Shown: positions 9,739-19,683, counted from the first letter of the stretch. The stretch: DNA of 64,000 nt from Prevotella sp. (GCA_052272805.1 DAVZJL010000003.1:9762-73761), one strand, 5' to 3'. Made by a program: numbers and translations. Notes: generated from the letters alone by a model not told the origin.

Positions 9739-10488
9739 ATGAAGTTCATTTCATGGAACGTAAACGGACTCCGCGCTTGCGTGCAGAAAGACTTTGAAGA
9801 GTCTTTCCGCACGCTTGACGCGGATTTTTTCTGCCTACAAGAAACCAAGATGCAGGCAGGACAACTCGATCTTCAATTTGAGGGTTACACATCCTACTGG
9901 AACTATGCCGAGAAGAAAGGATACTCGGGCACGGCTATCTACACGCGACACACACCGCTCAGCGTGACGTACGGCATCGGCATTGATGAGCACGATCACG
10001 AGGGCAGAGTGATAACGCTTGAGATGGAGGACTTCTATCTCGTGACGTGCTACACACCGAACTCGCAGGACGGACTGCGCCGTCTCGACTACCGCATGAA
10101 GTGGGAGGACGACTTCCTGCAGTACATCAAGGGTCTGGACGCAAAGAAGCCGGTGATAGTGTGTGGCGACCTGAACGTGGCGCACGAGGAGATTGACCTG
10201 AAGAACCCGAAGACGAACCGCAAGAATGCGGGTTTCACCGACGAGGAGCGTGCGAAGATGACCGCTTTCCTCGGCGAAGGCTTCATAGACACTTTCCGCA
10301 CGCTGCACCCCGACGACCCTACCTACTCGTGGTGGTCGTACCGCTTCAAGGCGCGCGAGAAGAACGCGGGTTGGCGCATCGACTACTTCATCACGTCCGA
10401 ACGCCTGCGCGAGCGCATCACCAGTGCCGCTATACATAACGAGGTGTTCGGCAGCGACCACTGTCCTGTCGAACTTGTGCTCGATTAA
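9739..10488 (+). CDS. xth: Exodeoxyribonuclease III / AP endonuclease
   Basis: Motifs [28 protein letters not shown] and GSDHCP. Confidence 0.95.
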   Translation: MKFISWNVNGLRACVQKDFEESFRTLDADFFCLQETKMQAGQLDLQFEGYTSYWNYAEKKGYSGTAIYTRHTPLSVTYGIGIDEHDHEGRVITLEMEDFYLVTCYTPNSQDGLRRLDYRMKWEDDFLQYIKGLDAKKPVIVCGDLNVAHEEIDLKNPKTNRKNAGFTDEERAKMTAFLGEGFIDTFRTLHPDDPTYSWWSYRFKAREKNAGWRIDYFITSERLRERITSAAIHNEVFGSDHCPVELVLD

Positions 10489-10527
10489 ACGCCTACTAAA
10501 CTCATCGTATGGCGGACGCAATCGGTG

Positions 10528-13326
10528 CTAATTCAACGAAATATTTTCCTTAAAATACTTAGCTATATGCCGCATGAATGGTGTCGTGAACACGTCGTGC
10601 GGCATATTGCGATAATCGTATCGACGTATGCACTGCGATATGTACAGACGAGAACGCGCTCGCGAGAGGGCTACGTAGAACTTGCGTGCATCCTCAGCTA
10701 ATAGGCGTGGGTTGTTGCGACTGTAGAAGTTGGGCATACGTCCGTCGACAGCGTCGAAGATGATGACGTTGTCAAACTCCAAACCCTTCGCCTTGTGTAT
10801 TGTTGTGACGAAGATGCGCTCGTCGATGCTACTGCTTCCGCAGAGGTCGGCTTCCTTCAGCGTACTTATCTCCATGGCGTGGTTGGAGAGTTGCTCGTAG
10901 AGCGACGGCTCCGCTGTGCTATCAATCATATCCTTAGAGAGATAAGCCGTGACGTAGCGCAGGCCGCTAATCGGCTGTATCATATTGTCGGCAAGGAGCG
11001 CGTCGTAGAAGCGTTGCAACTCGGCAACCAGTGCAGGGGGTGCACTTGTCTCAAGTGCACCAACAAAGCAAGAGGTAACCTCATCTCTTACATACATACG
11101 TGCGATAGCCGCGCGATATATGTCGCCGTAATTGCGGCGCAATATATCGACACGCTGACGCACACGGGCATCGCTGAGGAACGTGCGCTGCCCCTCTACC
11201 CTTTCCTTTGCTTGTTTGTAGCAATGCACGACGACGCTGCGCGTTGCGTTCACGTCGTCGTCGGCAAGGTGCGAGTTCGTACCCTCCAAACCGAGCACCG
11301 TGAGCAGCGACTTCAGCTTGTGCTCGCGCAGCTCGGGATGCAGCAGTCGTACAAGGCGAAGCGAGTCGAGATAGTCGGTATGCGACTCGTGCAGGTCATA
11401 CTCGGGTGCGTAGCGGCGCAGATTATGGCAGAGGATGTGCCAGTCGTAGTCGGCATTGTGTCCGAGCAGGCGGCATCCGTCGGCATACTGCATGAACTGC
11501 GTGAGCGCCTCGTGGTGCGAGAGCAGCGTGTGATGCTTGCGCTCCTCGATGATGGGGTTGACAATGTCGCCAAGCATGGCTGGTATCTCGCGGTCGGTTT
11601 CTACGTACACACAAAACTCGGAGCCGGGCACAACCACGCCGTTGTGCATCTTCACGGCAGCAATCTGTAGGATATCATCCTCAAAGACATTCAATCCGGT
11701 GGTCTCGGTGTCGAACACCACGATGGTCTGCTCCTCATAACTGCGCACGAAACGCTGCAAATAGGTGACGGTGGTGTTTTGCCCGTCAGACTCGTCTGCG
11801 GCAGAGCGCAGCAGGTCGGACGGCAGGATGGCACGGTCGAACAGAGCACGCACGAAGTTGCGCGCAGAAGCATTCGTCTCGTACACGCCCACCCCCTTCA
11901 CGAGGCGTGCCCATGCAAGGAAGTTGAACTCGTTGTTGAGCACAGCGAGGTGCGCAAACAGCAGCTTCAGTTCGGGCGAAGAAAAGAGGTCGGAACCCGA
12001 CACCTTGAAGTGTCCGACACCCAGGCGTGTGAGTTCGCCACTGATATCCTCTGCGTCGCGGTTGGCATTGACGATGAGCGCGGTGGTCGACTCGGGGAAC
12101 ATTGTGCGGAGGCGGTCGGCAAACTGCACGCAGTCGCGCACCTCCTGCTCGTAGGTCTCGCTGTAGAGCAATGCCAACTCGTTGCCGAGCAGAGGGACGT
12201 GCAACTGCAGTCCGGCATCGGGCAGCAGCGCAGGGTCGATATGCAGCTCTTCGGCTGCGAAGGTGTTGAAGATGTCGAGCAGATACTTCGGCGAGCGATG
12301 GTTCACCGAGAGGTGATGTAGCTGGCAAGCCGACTGCTGCTTGAGTGCGGTGAGCGTGTCGAGCTTCGCGCCCATGAACGAGAAGATGGCTTGCTGCTCG
12401 TCGCCGAGGAACATCACCGTGCGGTAGGCACGTGCGGTGAGGAGCTTTATGATAGCCAGCTGCAGCTGGTTGAGATCCTGCACCTCGTCCACCTGCACCC
12501 ACGTGTAGCGTTTGTACTCGGTCTGCGCTGCGTCAGCGTTCAGCGCATCATAGGTGAAGAGCAGCAGGTCGTGGAAGTCGAGCAGGTTGTTCTGCTTCTT
12601 GTACTGATGATACTGTTGCGCCAGCTGCATCTTGCGCAGTAGGCGGTGGATTATCTGATAGTCGCCATAGTCAGCGGTGTCGGCAGTGGTCAGGTCGCGA
12701 TATGTCTCCACATTATTATATATGTCGACCATCGCCGCCGCGTCGAACGCGCAGCCACGCACGCTGCAGATGCGCTGCATCGCCTTCACGTCGTCGGCAT
12801 TGATGCAGTCGGTGTTGGTGCGCAATGTCTTCGGATGCCCCATAGCAATCTGGTGCATCATGCTCTCAAGGTGGAATATCACGGAGTATTCGCGTCGGCG
12901 CTTGAAGTCGCCAAGCACCGAATATTCGTCCTCGCCCATGTATCGCGCAAGGATAGAGATGGCATCGTCCTCATCGATGACGCTCGACTCGGCTGCTATA
13001 AGTCCGTTTCCAAATAGAAACTTCGAGCAGAAGCGGTGTACATTGCCCACGAACACGTCGCCGACACCACTGTCAGCAATGTTCGCACTGATGCGCTCGA
13101 GCATTCCGCGCGCTGCACGGTTGGTGAACGTGAGGCACAACATATCGGCATACGCCACCCCCTCAACATCGTGGGCACGGCGTATGCGCTCTGTTAGTAT
13201 CTGCGTCTTGCCACAACCAGGCGATGCAAGCACAAGATGGAACCCGCCCTGCGCCTCTATCACCTCGCGCTGGCAAGCGTCGGGAGTAAAGTTCTGCTTA
13301 AGAAAAGACAGCATGTTCCACTTCAT
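10528..13326 (-). CDS. UvrD/Rep SF1 helicase with inserted DEDDh 3'-5' exonuclease domain
   Basis: Helicase motifs ASPGCGKT, LTFTNRAA, VDEVQD, TIHKAKGLEF and YVALSRAR; Exo motifs FDTETTG, GHNADYD and SHLADDD. Start could be 13314. Confidence 0.88.
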   Translation of the reverse strand: MKWNMLSFLKQNFTPDACQREVIEAQGGFHLVLASPGCGKTQILTERIRRAHDVEGVAYADMLCLTFTNRAARGMLERISANIADSGVGDVFVGNVHRFCSKFLFGNGLIAAESSVIDEDDAISILARYMGEDEYSVLGDFKRRREYSVIFHLESMMHQIAMGHPKTLRTNTDCINADDVKAMQRICSVRGCAFDAAAMVDIYNNVETYRDLTTADTADYGDYQIIHRLLRKMQLAQQYHQYKKQNNLLDFHDLLLFTYDALNADAAQTEYKRYTWVQVDEVQDLNQLQLAIIKLLTARAYRTVMFLGDEQQAIFSFMGAKLDTLTALKQQSACQLHHLSVNHRSPKYLLDIFNTFAAEELHIDPALLPDAGLQLHVPLLGNELALLYSETYEQEVRDCVQFADRLRTMFPESTTALIVNANRDAEDISGELTRLGVGHFKVSGSDLFSSPELKLLFAHLAVLNNEFNFLAWARLVKGVGVYETNASARNFVRALFDRAILPSDLLRSAADESDGQNTTVTYLQRFVRSYEEQTIVVFDTETTGLNVFEDDILQIAAVKMHNGVVVPGSEFCVYVETDREIPAMLGDIVNPIIEERKHHTLLSHHEALTQFMQYADGCRLLGHNADYDWHILCHNLRRYAPEYDLHESHTDYLDSLRLVRLLHPELREHKLKSLLTVLGLEGTNSHLADDDVNATRSVVVHCYKQAKERVEGQRTFLSDARVRQRVDILRRNYGDIYRAAIARMYVRDEVTSCFVGALETSAPPALVAELQRFYDALLADNMIQPISGLRYVTAYLSKDMIDSTAEPSLYEQLSNHAMEISTLKEADLCGSSSIDERIFVTTIHKAKGLEFDNVIIFDAVDGRMPNFYSRNNPRLLAEDARKFYVALSRARSRLYISQCIRRYDYRNMPHDVFTTPFMRHIAKYFKENISLN
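11035..11064. repeat. 30-bp palindromic repeat embedded in helicase CDS
   Basis: AGGGGGTGCACTTGTCTCAAGTGCACCAAC is identical to the intergenic copies at 43801-43830 and (reverse complement) 36575-36604. Confidence 0.9.
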
Positions 13327-13531
13327 TCTTCAAAAAAGAAGACACATAACCTACACTCTGATAATAAAAACCTGAGGCTGTGTCCTGCAATCGTTCAAAT
13401 GTCTCGGAGGTGTAAAGCACATCAAGAGCCTCAGACGGAGTGTAACCATAGGTAGACATCAACCAATCAGCCAACTCCACGGTCAACTCGTCCTTCATTA
13501 TCTTAATCTGTTCTGGATTTAATCGTGTCAT
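13298..13531 (-). CDS. Small helical protein (77 aa), third gene of DUF3791/DUF3990 cassette
   Basis: ATGA overlap with the DUF3990 gene; EALDVLYTSETFERL..TASGFYYQS pattern. Confidence 0.7.
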   Translation of the reverse strand: MTRLNPEQIKIMKDELTVELADWLMSTYGYTPSEALDVLYTSETFERLQDTASGFYYQSVGYVSSFLKNEVEHAVFS

Positions 13532-14007
13532 AAAGTTTTGAGTTTTTGAAGGGCTTTATCAGTTCCGAAGAAATATTGGAATGTTATACCCTTTGCATAT
13601 TTTAATTCTTCTACAAGTCGCTGAAGCGAAATGATACCACCGAGATAACGGCGCAACTGATAGTTGACACCATCATCGGCAATCGGCCCATATACTATAT
13701 CATAAGTATGGGACGGTTGACTTATTTTATTATTGCGATTTGTTAATACAAACTCAGCCCATTCTTCACTATAATCATCAAACATCTTTACAGACAATTC
13801 ACCAGAAGACAACACGGACTCATCAAAATCAAACTCATTAACAATAACCTCACCACGCCTCATCTGCTCTACTTTGACAATGGCTAAATCTTCAGCCTGC
13901 TTATAATTGTCAGACAAATAGAACCCCTGTCCAAAATCCTTAAAAGGTTTTGAACGCTGCAAATCAGGTTTTTCAACCCTCATATTGGAACCGTGATACA
14001 ACTTCAT
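13528..14007 (-). CDS. DUF3990 protein (predicted ADP-ribosyltransferase fold)
   Basis: Motifs LYHGS, KDFGQGFYL, EEWAEFVLTNR, YDIVYGPIADD and QYFFGT. Confidence 0.82.
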   Translation of the reverse strand: MKLYHGSNMRVEKPDLQRSKPFKDFGQGFYLSDNYKQAEDLAIVKVEQMRRGEVIVNEFDFDESVLSSGELSVKMFDDYSEEWAEFVLTNRNNKISQPSHTYDIVYGPIADDGVNYQLRRYLGGIISLQRLVEELKYAKGITFQYFFGTDKALQKLKTL

Positions 14008-14228
14008 TGCAATTTTCCTCCGTTAAGTCTACAAACCTCAGACACCGCATCTACTGAATCCTCGAACGAAAAAGTATGCAATATGCCATAATGATTGTAG
14101 AAGTAATCCAGTCCTTTGAAACGCTTCAGATAGTTGTACGCTTGCTTGGGCATAATGCCAAACTTGGCAGCAAACTCGCTGACAAGGGCTATAGTGTACC
14201 CAACTGTATTATAGTCTTCCCTTGACAT
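14004..14228 (-). CDS. DUF3791 protein
   Basis: VSEFAAKFG...QAYNYLKRFKGLDY...HYGILHT...NGG; ATGA overlap with DUF3990. Confidence 0.8.
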   Translation of the reverse strand: MSREDYNTVGYTIALVSEFAAKFGIMPKQAYNYLKRFKGLDYFYNHYGILHTFSFEDSVDAVSEVCRLNGGKLQ

Positions 14229-14261
14229 ATCTATCCAAATTTAAACTTATTAGGTATATTG

Positions 14262-14269
14262 CAAAGATA
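14262..14269 (-). promoter_or_regulatory. -7 promoter box (TATCTTTG) for the DUF3791 cassette
   Basis: Matches TAnnTTTG, 33 nt upstream of the ATG. Confidence 0.55.
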
Positions 14270-14345
14270 CATAGCATTTTTCTATCCTCAAAATAATATT
14301 TATAAAAACAATATATATAAATACAAATTGAAACCTTTATAGAAT

Positions 14346-14387
14346 AAAAAATCCGATAAAAATAGATGTACCTCTATTTTTATCGGA
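14346..14387 (-). terminator. Intrinsic terminator after the CBM9-like gene
   Basis: Perfect 15-bp stem TCCGATAAAAATAGA/TCTATTTTTATCGGA plus U-run on the minus strand. Confidence 0.8.
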
Positions 14388-14411
14388 CAATACTATAAAA
14401 CAATCTGACTT

Positions 14412-15068
14412 CTACTCAAACTCCACGCTGCCGAAAAAGTCGGGGCGATGGAAGTCGGGTTTCGGAAGGTCAATGGGGAAGAACGAGAGGAAGTGAGGGT
14501 GAGGCAGTTTGTCGCCGCACTTGTACACATTGCCCTTCACCTTCAAGCCGTCGAACGACGAGAGCGAGTGCTGATAGTAAGCCTCTACGGGCACGGCAAG
14601 GCAGAGTTGCCATGTGCGTTCGCCGGCGATGTCGTCGAAAGGAGTACGTCCCATTGAAGACCAGCGGTCGATCTTGTCGAGAACTGCCTGCGGAGCACGC
14701 TCGCGTCCCTCGCGCTTAGCACCAAAACCAATGAGCAAGTTGCCTGCTGCGTTACACTCGAGGTTGTAGTAGGTGCCGTCGGCTACGGGCGAGAGGAAGA
14801 GCTCGCAACATGAGTCCTCCCAAACGTTACCATCGTCGTGTGGAGCCACTGCGCGCACACACTCCTCTGTGACGCGGTAGTTGATAAGCAACTGCTTGCC
14901 GTTGTGAGCCATGCGTACCTCCATCGTGGGGCGATAAGGGAAAGCCTCAGCCCAGCAGTGGTTGCCTACTGCTATGAAATCTATATTAGCCTCGTCGAGC
15001 ACACGACAGATGTCTGCAGCATTGACCGAAGCGGTGGAAATCTTCTTTATTTCTAATGTATTTGCCAT
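14412..15068 (-). CDS. Carbohydrate-binding family 9-like (DOMON-type) protein
   Basis: Motifs VWEDSCCELFLSP, YYNLECNAAG, GNVYKCGD and PDFHRPDFFG. Confidence 0.8.
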   Translation of the reverse strand: MANTLEIKKISTASVNAADICRVLDEANIDFIAVGNHCWAEAFPYRPTMEVRMAHNGKQLLINYRVTEECVRAVAPHDDGNVWEDSCCELFLSPVADGTYYNLECNAAGNLLIGFGAKREGRERAPQAVLDKIDRWSSMGRTPFDDIAGERTWQLCLAVPVEAYYQHSLSSFDGLKVKGNVYKCGDKLPHPHFLSFFPIDLPKPDFHRPDFFGSVEFE

Positions 15069-15073
15069 AGTTT

Positions 15074-15156
15074 TAAAAGTAAAAAAGTAAAAAAGTAAAA
15101 AAGTAAAAGAGTAAGAAACGCTTTTTACTCTTTTACTTTTTTACTTTTTTTACTTT
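15074..15156. repeat. Inverted 8-mer array (AAAAAGTA)n/(TACTTTTT)n
   Basis: Fills the nagB-CBM9 gap as a long imperfect hairpin. Confidence 0.85.
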
Positions 15157-15948
15157 TTAAAGGTTGTTCTTCTCGATATCCTTGAAGTAGCGGTATGTGC
15201 TAACCTTGAGCTCGTCTGTAGCAGCCTCGTCAGCTACGATGATGCCGTGCTGGTGGAGCTGGAGAACAGAGATAGTCCACATCTGTGTAACCGGACCCTC
15301 AACAGCTGCCTGAAGCGCGCGTGTCTTGTTGTGGCCGTTTACGAGAATCATCACCTCGCGAGCAGACATCACTGTGCCAACGCCTACTGTGAGGGCTGTT
15401 GTCGGCACCTTGTTAACGTCGTTGTCGAAGAAACGAGAGTTGGCTACGATAGTGTCAGTTGTAAGAGTCTTCTGACGTGTGCGTGATGTGAGTGAAGAAC
15501 CCGGCTCGTTGAATGCGATGTGACCGTCAGGACCGATACCACCGATGAAGAGATCGATGCCGCCTGCTTCCTCAATCATCTGCTCGTAGTGAGCGCACTC
15601 TGCTTCGAGGTCCTCTGCGTTACCGTTGAGGATGTGGATGTTCTCCTTCGGGCAGTCAACGTGGTCGAAGAAGTTCTTAGCCATGAATGAGTGGTAGCTC
15701 TCCGGGTGCGACTCAGGCAGACCTACATACTCGTCCATATTGAAAGTAAGGACGTTCTTGAATGAAACACGACCCTCCTTGCAAGCCTCAGCCAATGCGC
15801 GGTACATACCGATTGGTGAAGAACCAGTAGGCAAACCAAGAACGAACTTGTGATCGGGTGTTGGGTTGAACTTGTTGATACGCTCAATAACGTGCTCAGC
15901 TGCCCACTTTGAGAGCTGGTCGTAGTCCTTTTCAATGATTAATCTCAT
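15157..15948 (-). CDS. nagB: Glucosamine-6-phosphate deaminase
   Basis: Motifs [19 protein letters not shown] and [17 protein letters not shown]. Confidence 0.97.
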   Translation of the reverse strand: MRLIIEKDYDQLSKWAAEHVIERINKFNPTPDHKFVLGLPTGSSPIGMYRALAEACKEGRVSFKNVLTFNMDEYVGLPESHPESYHSFMAKNFFDHVDCPKENIHILNGNAEDLEAECAHYEQMIEEAGGIDLFIGGIGPDGHIAFNEPGSSLTSRTRQKTLTTDTIVANSRFFDNDVNKVPTTALTVGVGTVMSAREVMILVNGHNKTRALQAAVEGPVTQMWTISVLQLHQHGIIVADEAATDELKVSTYRYFKDIEKNNL

Positions 15949-16044
15949 AGCGATAATTATTTAGTTGATTAAATTTTCAAGTTTAATAAGGGGGTATGTG
16001 TGTGCTGTTGTTAATTACAACTGCACGTACTGATTGTTGTTTAT

Positions 16045-16076
16045 AAAACGTGCCCCGACATCTCATCGGGGCACGT
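16045..16076 (-). terminator. Terminator-like hairpin between manA and nagB
   Basis: 11-bp stem ACGTGCCCCGA/TCGGGGCACGT followed by a short U-run on the minus strand. Confidence 0.6.
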
Positions 16077-16160
16077 CTGTGTTTGTTTGTAGTAGTAGTT
16101 GTAACTAAATAAGCAGTTATAAGTTAGTTGAAAATCGGTTTCTTCTAACATATTACGATG

Positions 16161-16168
16161 CAAAGTTA
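16161..16168 (-). promoter_or_regulatory. -7 promoter box (TAACTTTG) upstream of nagB leader
   Basis: Matches TAnnTTTG followed by CA. Confidence 0.55.
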
Positions 16169-16244
16169 CGCATTTAATTTATAACCCCCAAGTGAATGAG
16201 GCAAAAATGCTGATTTACATCAAGAATTTAAATGTTTATTACAA

Positions 16245-17207
16245 CTACACGTATGTCTCAAGGAACTTGACATTGCCCTCAACCTTCAGTGTCTCGGTTG
16301 TAGCCGGAACGAGGATGCTCTCGCCGGCACGCAGCGTTGTGACGTTGCCCTCGTTGTCGGTGATGGTGCCTTCGCCCTTCAAGCCGATAAGGATAACGAA
16401 GCTGTCGAGCTCAGAGTAGTCGATAGTCATCGGCTCGTCGAGATCGTAAACGGCTGTGTTGAAGTAAGGACACTGCACGAGCGATACACCCTGGTTCTTC
16501 TCCGGCGTGTACTCTGTGCGGTAGTTGCTCTCAACGTTGTAGTTGATGCACTCTGCAGCCTGCTTTGTGTGCAGCTCGCGGTAGTTGCCGTCCTTGTCCT
16601 TGCGCTTGAAGTCGTAGATGCGGTATGTCACGTCGGATGTCTGCTGTATCTCTGCGAGGAAGCAGCCGGTGCCGATAGCGTGGATGCGACCTGCGGGGAG
16701 GAAGAAGCAGTCGCCTTCCTTAACGTCATAGCGTGAGATAGCATCGCAGATGGTGTCGTTCTCCACCATCTCTGCGTACTGAGTCGGAGTGATCTGCTGC
16801 TTCAGACCGCAGAGCAGTGTAGCATCAGCGTCTGACGGGAGCAGATACCACATCTCGGTCTTGCCGCGCTCTTTGCCCTGACGCTTTGCAATCTCGTCGG
16901 TAGGATGCACCTGTATAGAGAGGTCTTGGCGTGCGTCGATGAACTTGATGAGCAACGGGAACTCGTCGCCGAAACGCTGATAGTTAGCCTCGCCTACGAG
17001 CTTGCCTTTCAGCTCGTGTACGAGTTCGTTGAGCTTCTTGCCTGCGTACTCGCCGTTAGCAACTACTGTCTCGTTGCCTGGCACGCCAGAGATTTCCCAA
17101 CTTTCGCCTACGTTTTCCTGCTGCACGTCGAGGTGCTTGAACGGAATAATCTTCTCACCACCCCAGATGGTTGACTTAAGGAGTGCGTTGAACTTTAATG
17201 GTTCCAT
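16245..17207 (-). CDS. manA: Mannose-6-phosphate isomerase, class I
   Basis: Motifs IWGG, GESWEIS, FPLLIKFIDA, LSIQVHP, GKTEMWY and EIQQTSDVTYRIYD. Confidence 0.93.
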   Translation of the reverse strand: MEPLKFNALLKSTIWGGEKIIPFKHLDVQQENVGESWEISGVPGNETVVANGEYAGKKLNELVHELKGKLVGEANYQRFGDEFPLLIKFIDARQDLSIQVHPTDEIAKRQGKERGKTEMWYLLPSDADATLLCGLKQQITPTQYAEMVENDTICDAISRYDVKEGDCFFLPAGRIHAIGTGCFLAEIQQTSDVTYRIYDFKRKDKDGNYRELHTKQAAECINYNVESNYRTEYTPEKNQGVSLVQCPYFNTAVYDLDEPMTIDYSELDSFVILIGLKGEGTITDNEGNVTTLRAGESILVPATTETLKVEGNVKFLETYV

Positions 17208-17251
17208 AGTGTATTTGTTTCTGTTGTTTTGTTGTATTATAAGTATTCTGT

Positions 17252-18655
17252 TTAATCATCCTCACCGAACAACGGGTCCTCAGGCATAACCATAACCGGC
17301 TTCTGCTCGAACTCCTTCTGCAAGTTCTCGGGTACGTACTTCTTGTCGACTACAAGACGGAACATGTACTCGTTGAACCAGCGGTTAGACATGATGAGGC
17401 AGCCCTGTGCGCCGTTGTTCGGACCCCAGCTGTTCTCCACCTTCCACTTCAACGGATTGCCGTCCTTGTCGAGGTCTACGGCTACGAGAGTCATGGCGTG
17501 GGTCGATCCGCTGTCGAATGTAGCGATGCGGTCAGCCTTGTTCATCGGGAATGTTGTAGAGAAGAGCGAAGCGTAGTCGAAGTTTTCGGTGTCGAGATAG
17601 CCAAGCTCGCGGTCGAACTGCTTGCCAACATCGTAAGACGAGTACATCTTCTTGCCATCCTTAAGCGAAGCGATGGCGAGCTTTGCTATGTCCTCCATCG
17701 ACAGGTTGAGATACTTCCAGTTGGTACCGTCGTACACGTGGCGGTCGTACTCCACCTCGTATGTCTTGTGATACGGGCGGCGCGGGTCGTTCATAACCAT
17801 GATGAATGTGCCAGCGAGCTGTCGGCCTACTGTCTCGTTATAGAACTCAAGCGGAGTGTAGCGACGCGGTTCGCCCACAGGCTCGCCACAACGGTTGCGG
17901 AACTGGTATGTGAACTCCTTCACTGGTTCGCCCAATGTCATGGCAAGCATACGATAAACGGTTGAGAGCATCTCTGTCTTGCGTGCATCGATAGCCTGCG
18001 CTTTTTTGCCGTCAGCCACCATCTTGCGAAGCTCCAAGCCGTACTCGCGGAGCTTTGAGGATATGAGCGACGAAATCTTAGATGTGTTCTCTGCAGAGAA
18101 GGTCTCTGGCTGCACCGACTTAGGCACGAGTCCGTACTTCGGAGCAAGGTCGGCTGCGCCACAGAATGTGCCGCCATCGTTAAGCGGGTTCTTGAAGAAG
18201 AACTGTACACGAACATCGTCCATAGGCTTCTTGGCGTTGTCGATGACACCCTGCAGCATGAGGTTTGCTTTCTCCAACTGGTCGTAGAAGAAGAGATAGT
18301 CGTGAGAGAACTCCACCGAAAGCGAGTCGGCGTGGTGGCGTGCAAAGTCGGCACGGAACACGTTGAAGCTCGAGAACATCCAGCAACGTCCCGAACTCTT
18401 TTGGTCGTGGATAGACTGTTTTGTGGTTTCTACGCTAAAGTGTGTGTCGAACGTATTGCGGTTTGAGAAGTTCTTTGCGAGGTTGTCAATACGGTTGGAA
18501 GCCACGGCGTTGAACAGAGCCTTGTTCGTAGCGGTTGAACCCTGCGATTTCTCAATCTGCTGAAGCATCGAGGCTGAGATGCCGCCCTGCTTCTGTGCGC
18601 CTGCGGTTGTGGCAAGCGCAAGGCATAAGCCTAAAGCTAATGTCGTTTTCTTCAT
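17252..18655 (-). CDS. pepC: Aminopeptidase C (C1B cysteine peptidase), exported
   Basis: Catalytic motifs DQKSSGRCW, THAM and KVENSWG; N-terminal signal peptide. Confidence 0.9.
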   Translation of the reverse strand: MKKTTLALGLCLALATTAGAQKQGGISASMLQQIEKSQGSTATNKALFNAVASNRIDNLAKNFSNRNTFDTHFSVETTKQSIHDQKSSGRCWMFSSFNVFRADFARHHADSLSVEFSHDYLFFYDQLEKANLMLQGVIDNAKKPMDDVRVQFFFKNPLNDGGTFCGAADLAPKYGLVPKSVQPETFSAENTSKISSLISSKLREYGLELRKMVADGKKAQAIDARKTEMLSTVYRMLAMTLGEPVKEFTYQFRNRCGEPVGEPRRYTPLEFYNETVGRQLAGTFIMVMNDPRRPYHKTYEVEYDRHVYDGTNWKYLNLSMEDIAKLAIASLKDGKKMYSSYDVGKQFDRELGYLDTENFDYASLFSTTFPMNKADRIATFDSGSTHAMTLVAVDLDKDGNPLKWKVENSWGPNNGAQGCLIMSNRWFNEYMFRLVVDKKYVPENLQKEFEQKPVMVMPEDPLFGEDD

Positions 18656-18656
18656 T

Positions 18657-19682
18657 TTATGTATTTGTTGTTAATGTTTCAGTATCTTCGTTTAGGAACT
18701 TGTCGAGGTCGCTGACGATGCGACGGTATTGCTCCGATGCCACATAGCCCACGTTGCGGCGCAGACTATACTCCACGCTGCCAACGCTCGACGTGTAGCA
18801 CGAGAGTTCGTTGCGTTGCTGCGTAGCGTGCACACTCTGCCGAGTTATGTCGCGTTCACGCTCGCGTACCAGCGTGTTGCACACCTTCTTCATCAGTGGC
18901 ACAATCACCTTGTCGAAGAGGTGATGACCTTGTATATATAGGTAAGTTTCGGAAGGCACAATGCCAAGCTTACGCAAAGACTCCTTCACCTCCAGATAGC
19001 TCTCCTTAGCACCTGGGTGTTGGCTTTGCAGCATCTTCACCTTGTGAGCCACACGGCGACGCAACTGCGCTATCGCAGCTGAAGCGTTCTCGGGCGACAG
19101 ACTGCCCATCTCTATCGACCGAACGAAGTCGGAGATGGTGAACCGACGTTCTCCAACATTGCGATACGACCACACGTTCCACACAAAGAGCGGGAAAATG
19201 GTTGTGGAGAAGTCGGCAAGGAACGCTTCGAAGTCGAACTTCTGCGCATCGTTGAGCGTGACGGCTACGCACACGTTGTGTAGCGACGGGGCGTAGCACT
19301 GCATGTTTTCTATAGCGTAAGCGTAGGAGTGGAATATGTAGGGGTTTTCGAGTATCGTCTTCGACGAGAACGTAGCGCCCTGCGCCACATAGTCGTAGTC
19401 GGCATCAACGCACGCTATCATGTTTTTGCCCACTCCACCCGTAGCTATCATGCTCATTATCGCAGCCTTCTTGCCTCGCTCCAAGTGCTCAAGACGCGAA
19501 GGTAGCAACACTTCAAAATAGCGTTCATCATTCTCAAAGCGTGTGAGAACAGAACGCCAAAAGAATATGTCGTCGTAGCTTTCCACATAAGCCACGATGC
19601 GACGGCGTGCCTTCTTCGAGTTCAGACGGTTTGCCGCTCCTATGTATTGCGATGTTATGCAATCTGTAAGACGCTTGCCCAT
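18657..19682 (-). CDS. DUF4435 TOPRIM-domain protein (AriB-like)
   Basis: TOPRIM motifs AYVESYDD and CVDADYD; YAYAIEN and IQGHHL. Confidence 0.8.
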   Translation of the reverse strand: MGKRLTDCITSQYIGAANRLNSKKARRRIVAYVESYDDIFFWRSVLTRFENDERYFEVLLPSRLEHLERGKKAAIMSMIATGGVGKNMIACVDADYDYVAQGATFSSKTILENPYIFHSYAYAIENMQCYAPSLHNVCVAVTLNDAQKFDFEAFLADFSTTIFPLFVWNVWSYRNVGERRFTISDFVRSIEMGSLSPENASAAIAQLRRRVAHKVKMLQSQHPGAKESYLEVKESLRKLGIVPSETYLYIQGHHLFDKVIVPLMKKVCNTLVRERERDITRQSVHATQQRNELSCYTSSVGSVEYSLRRNVGYVASEQYRRIVSDLDKFLNEDTETLTTNT

Positions 19683-19683
19683 A

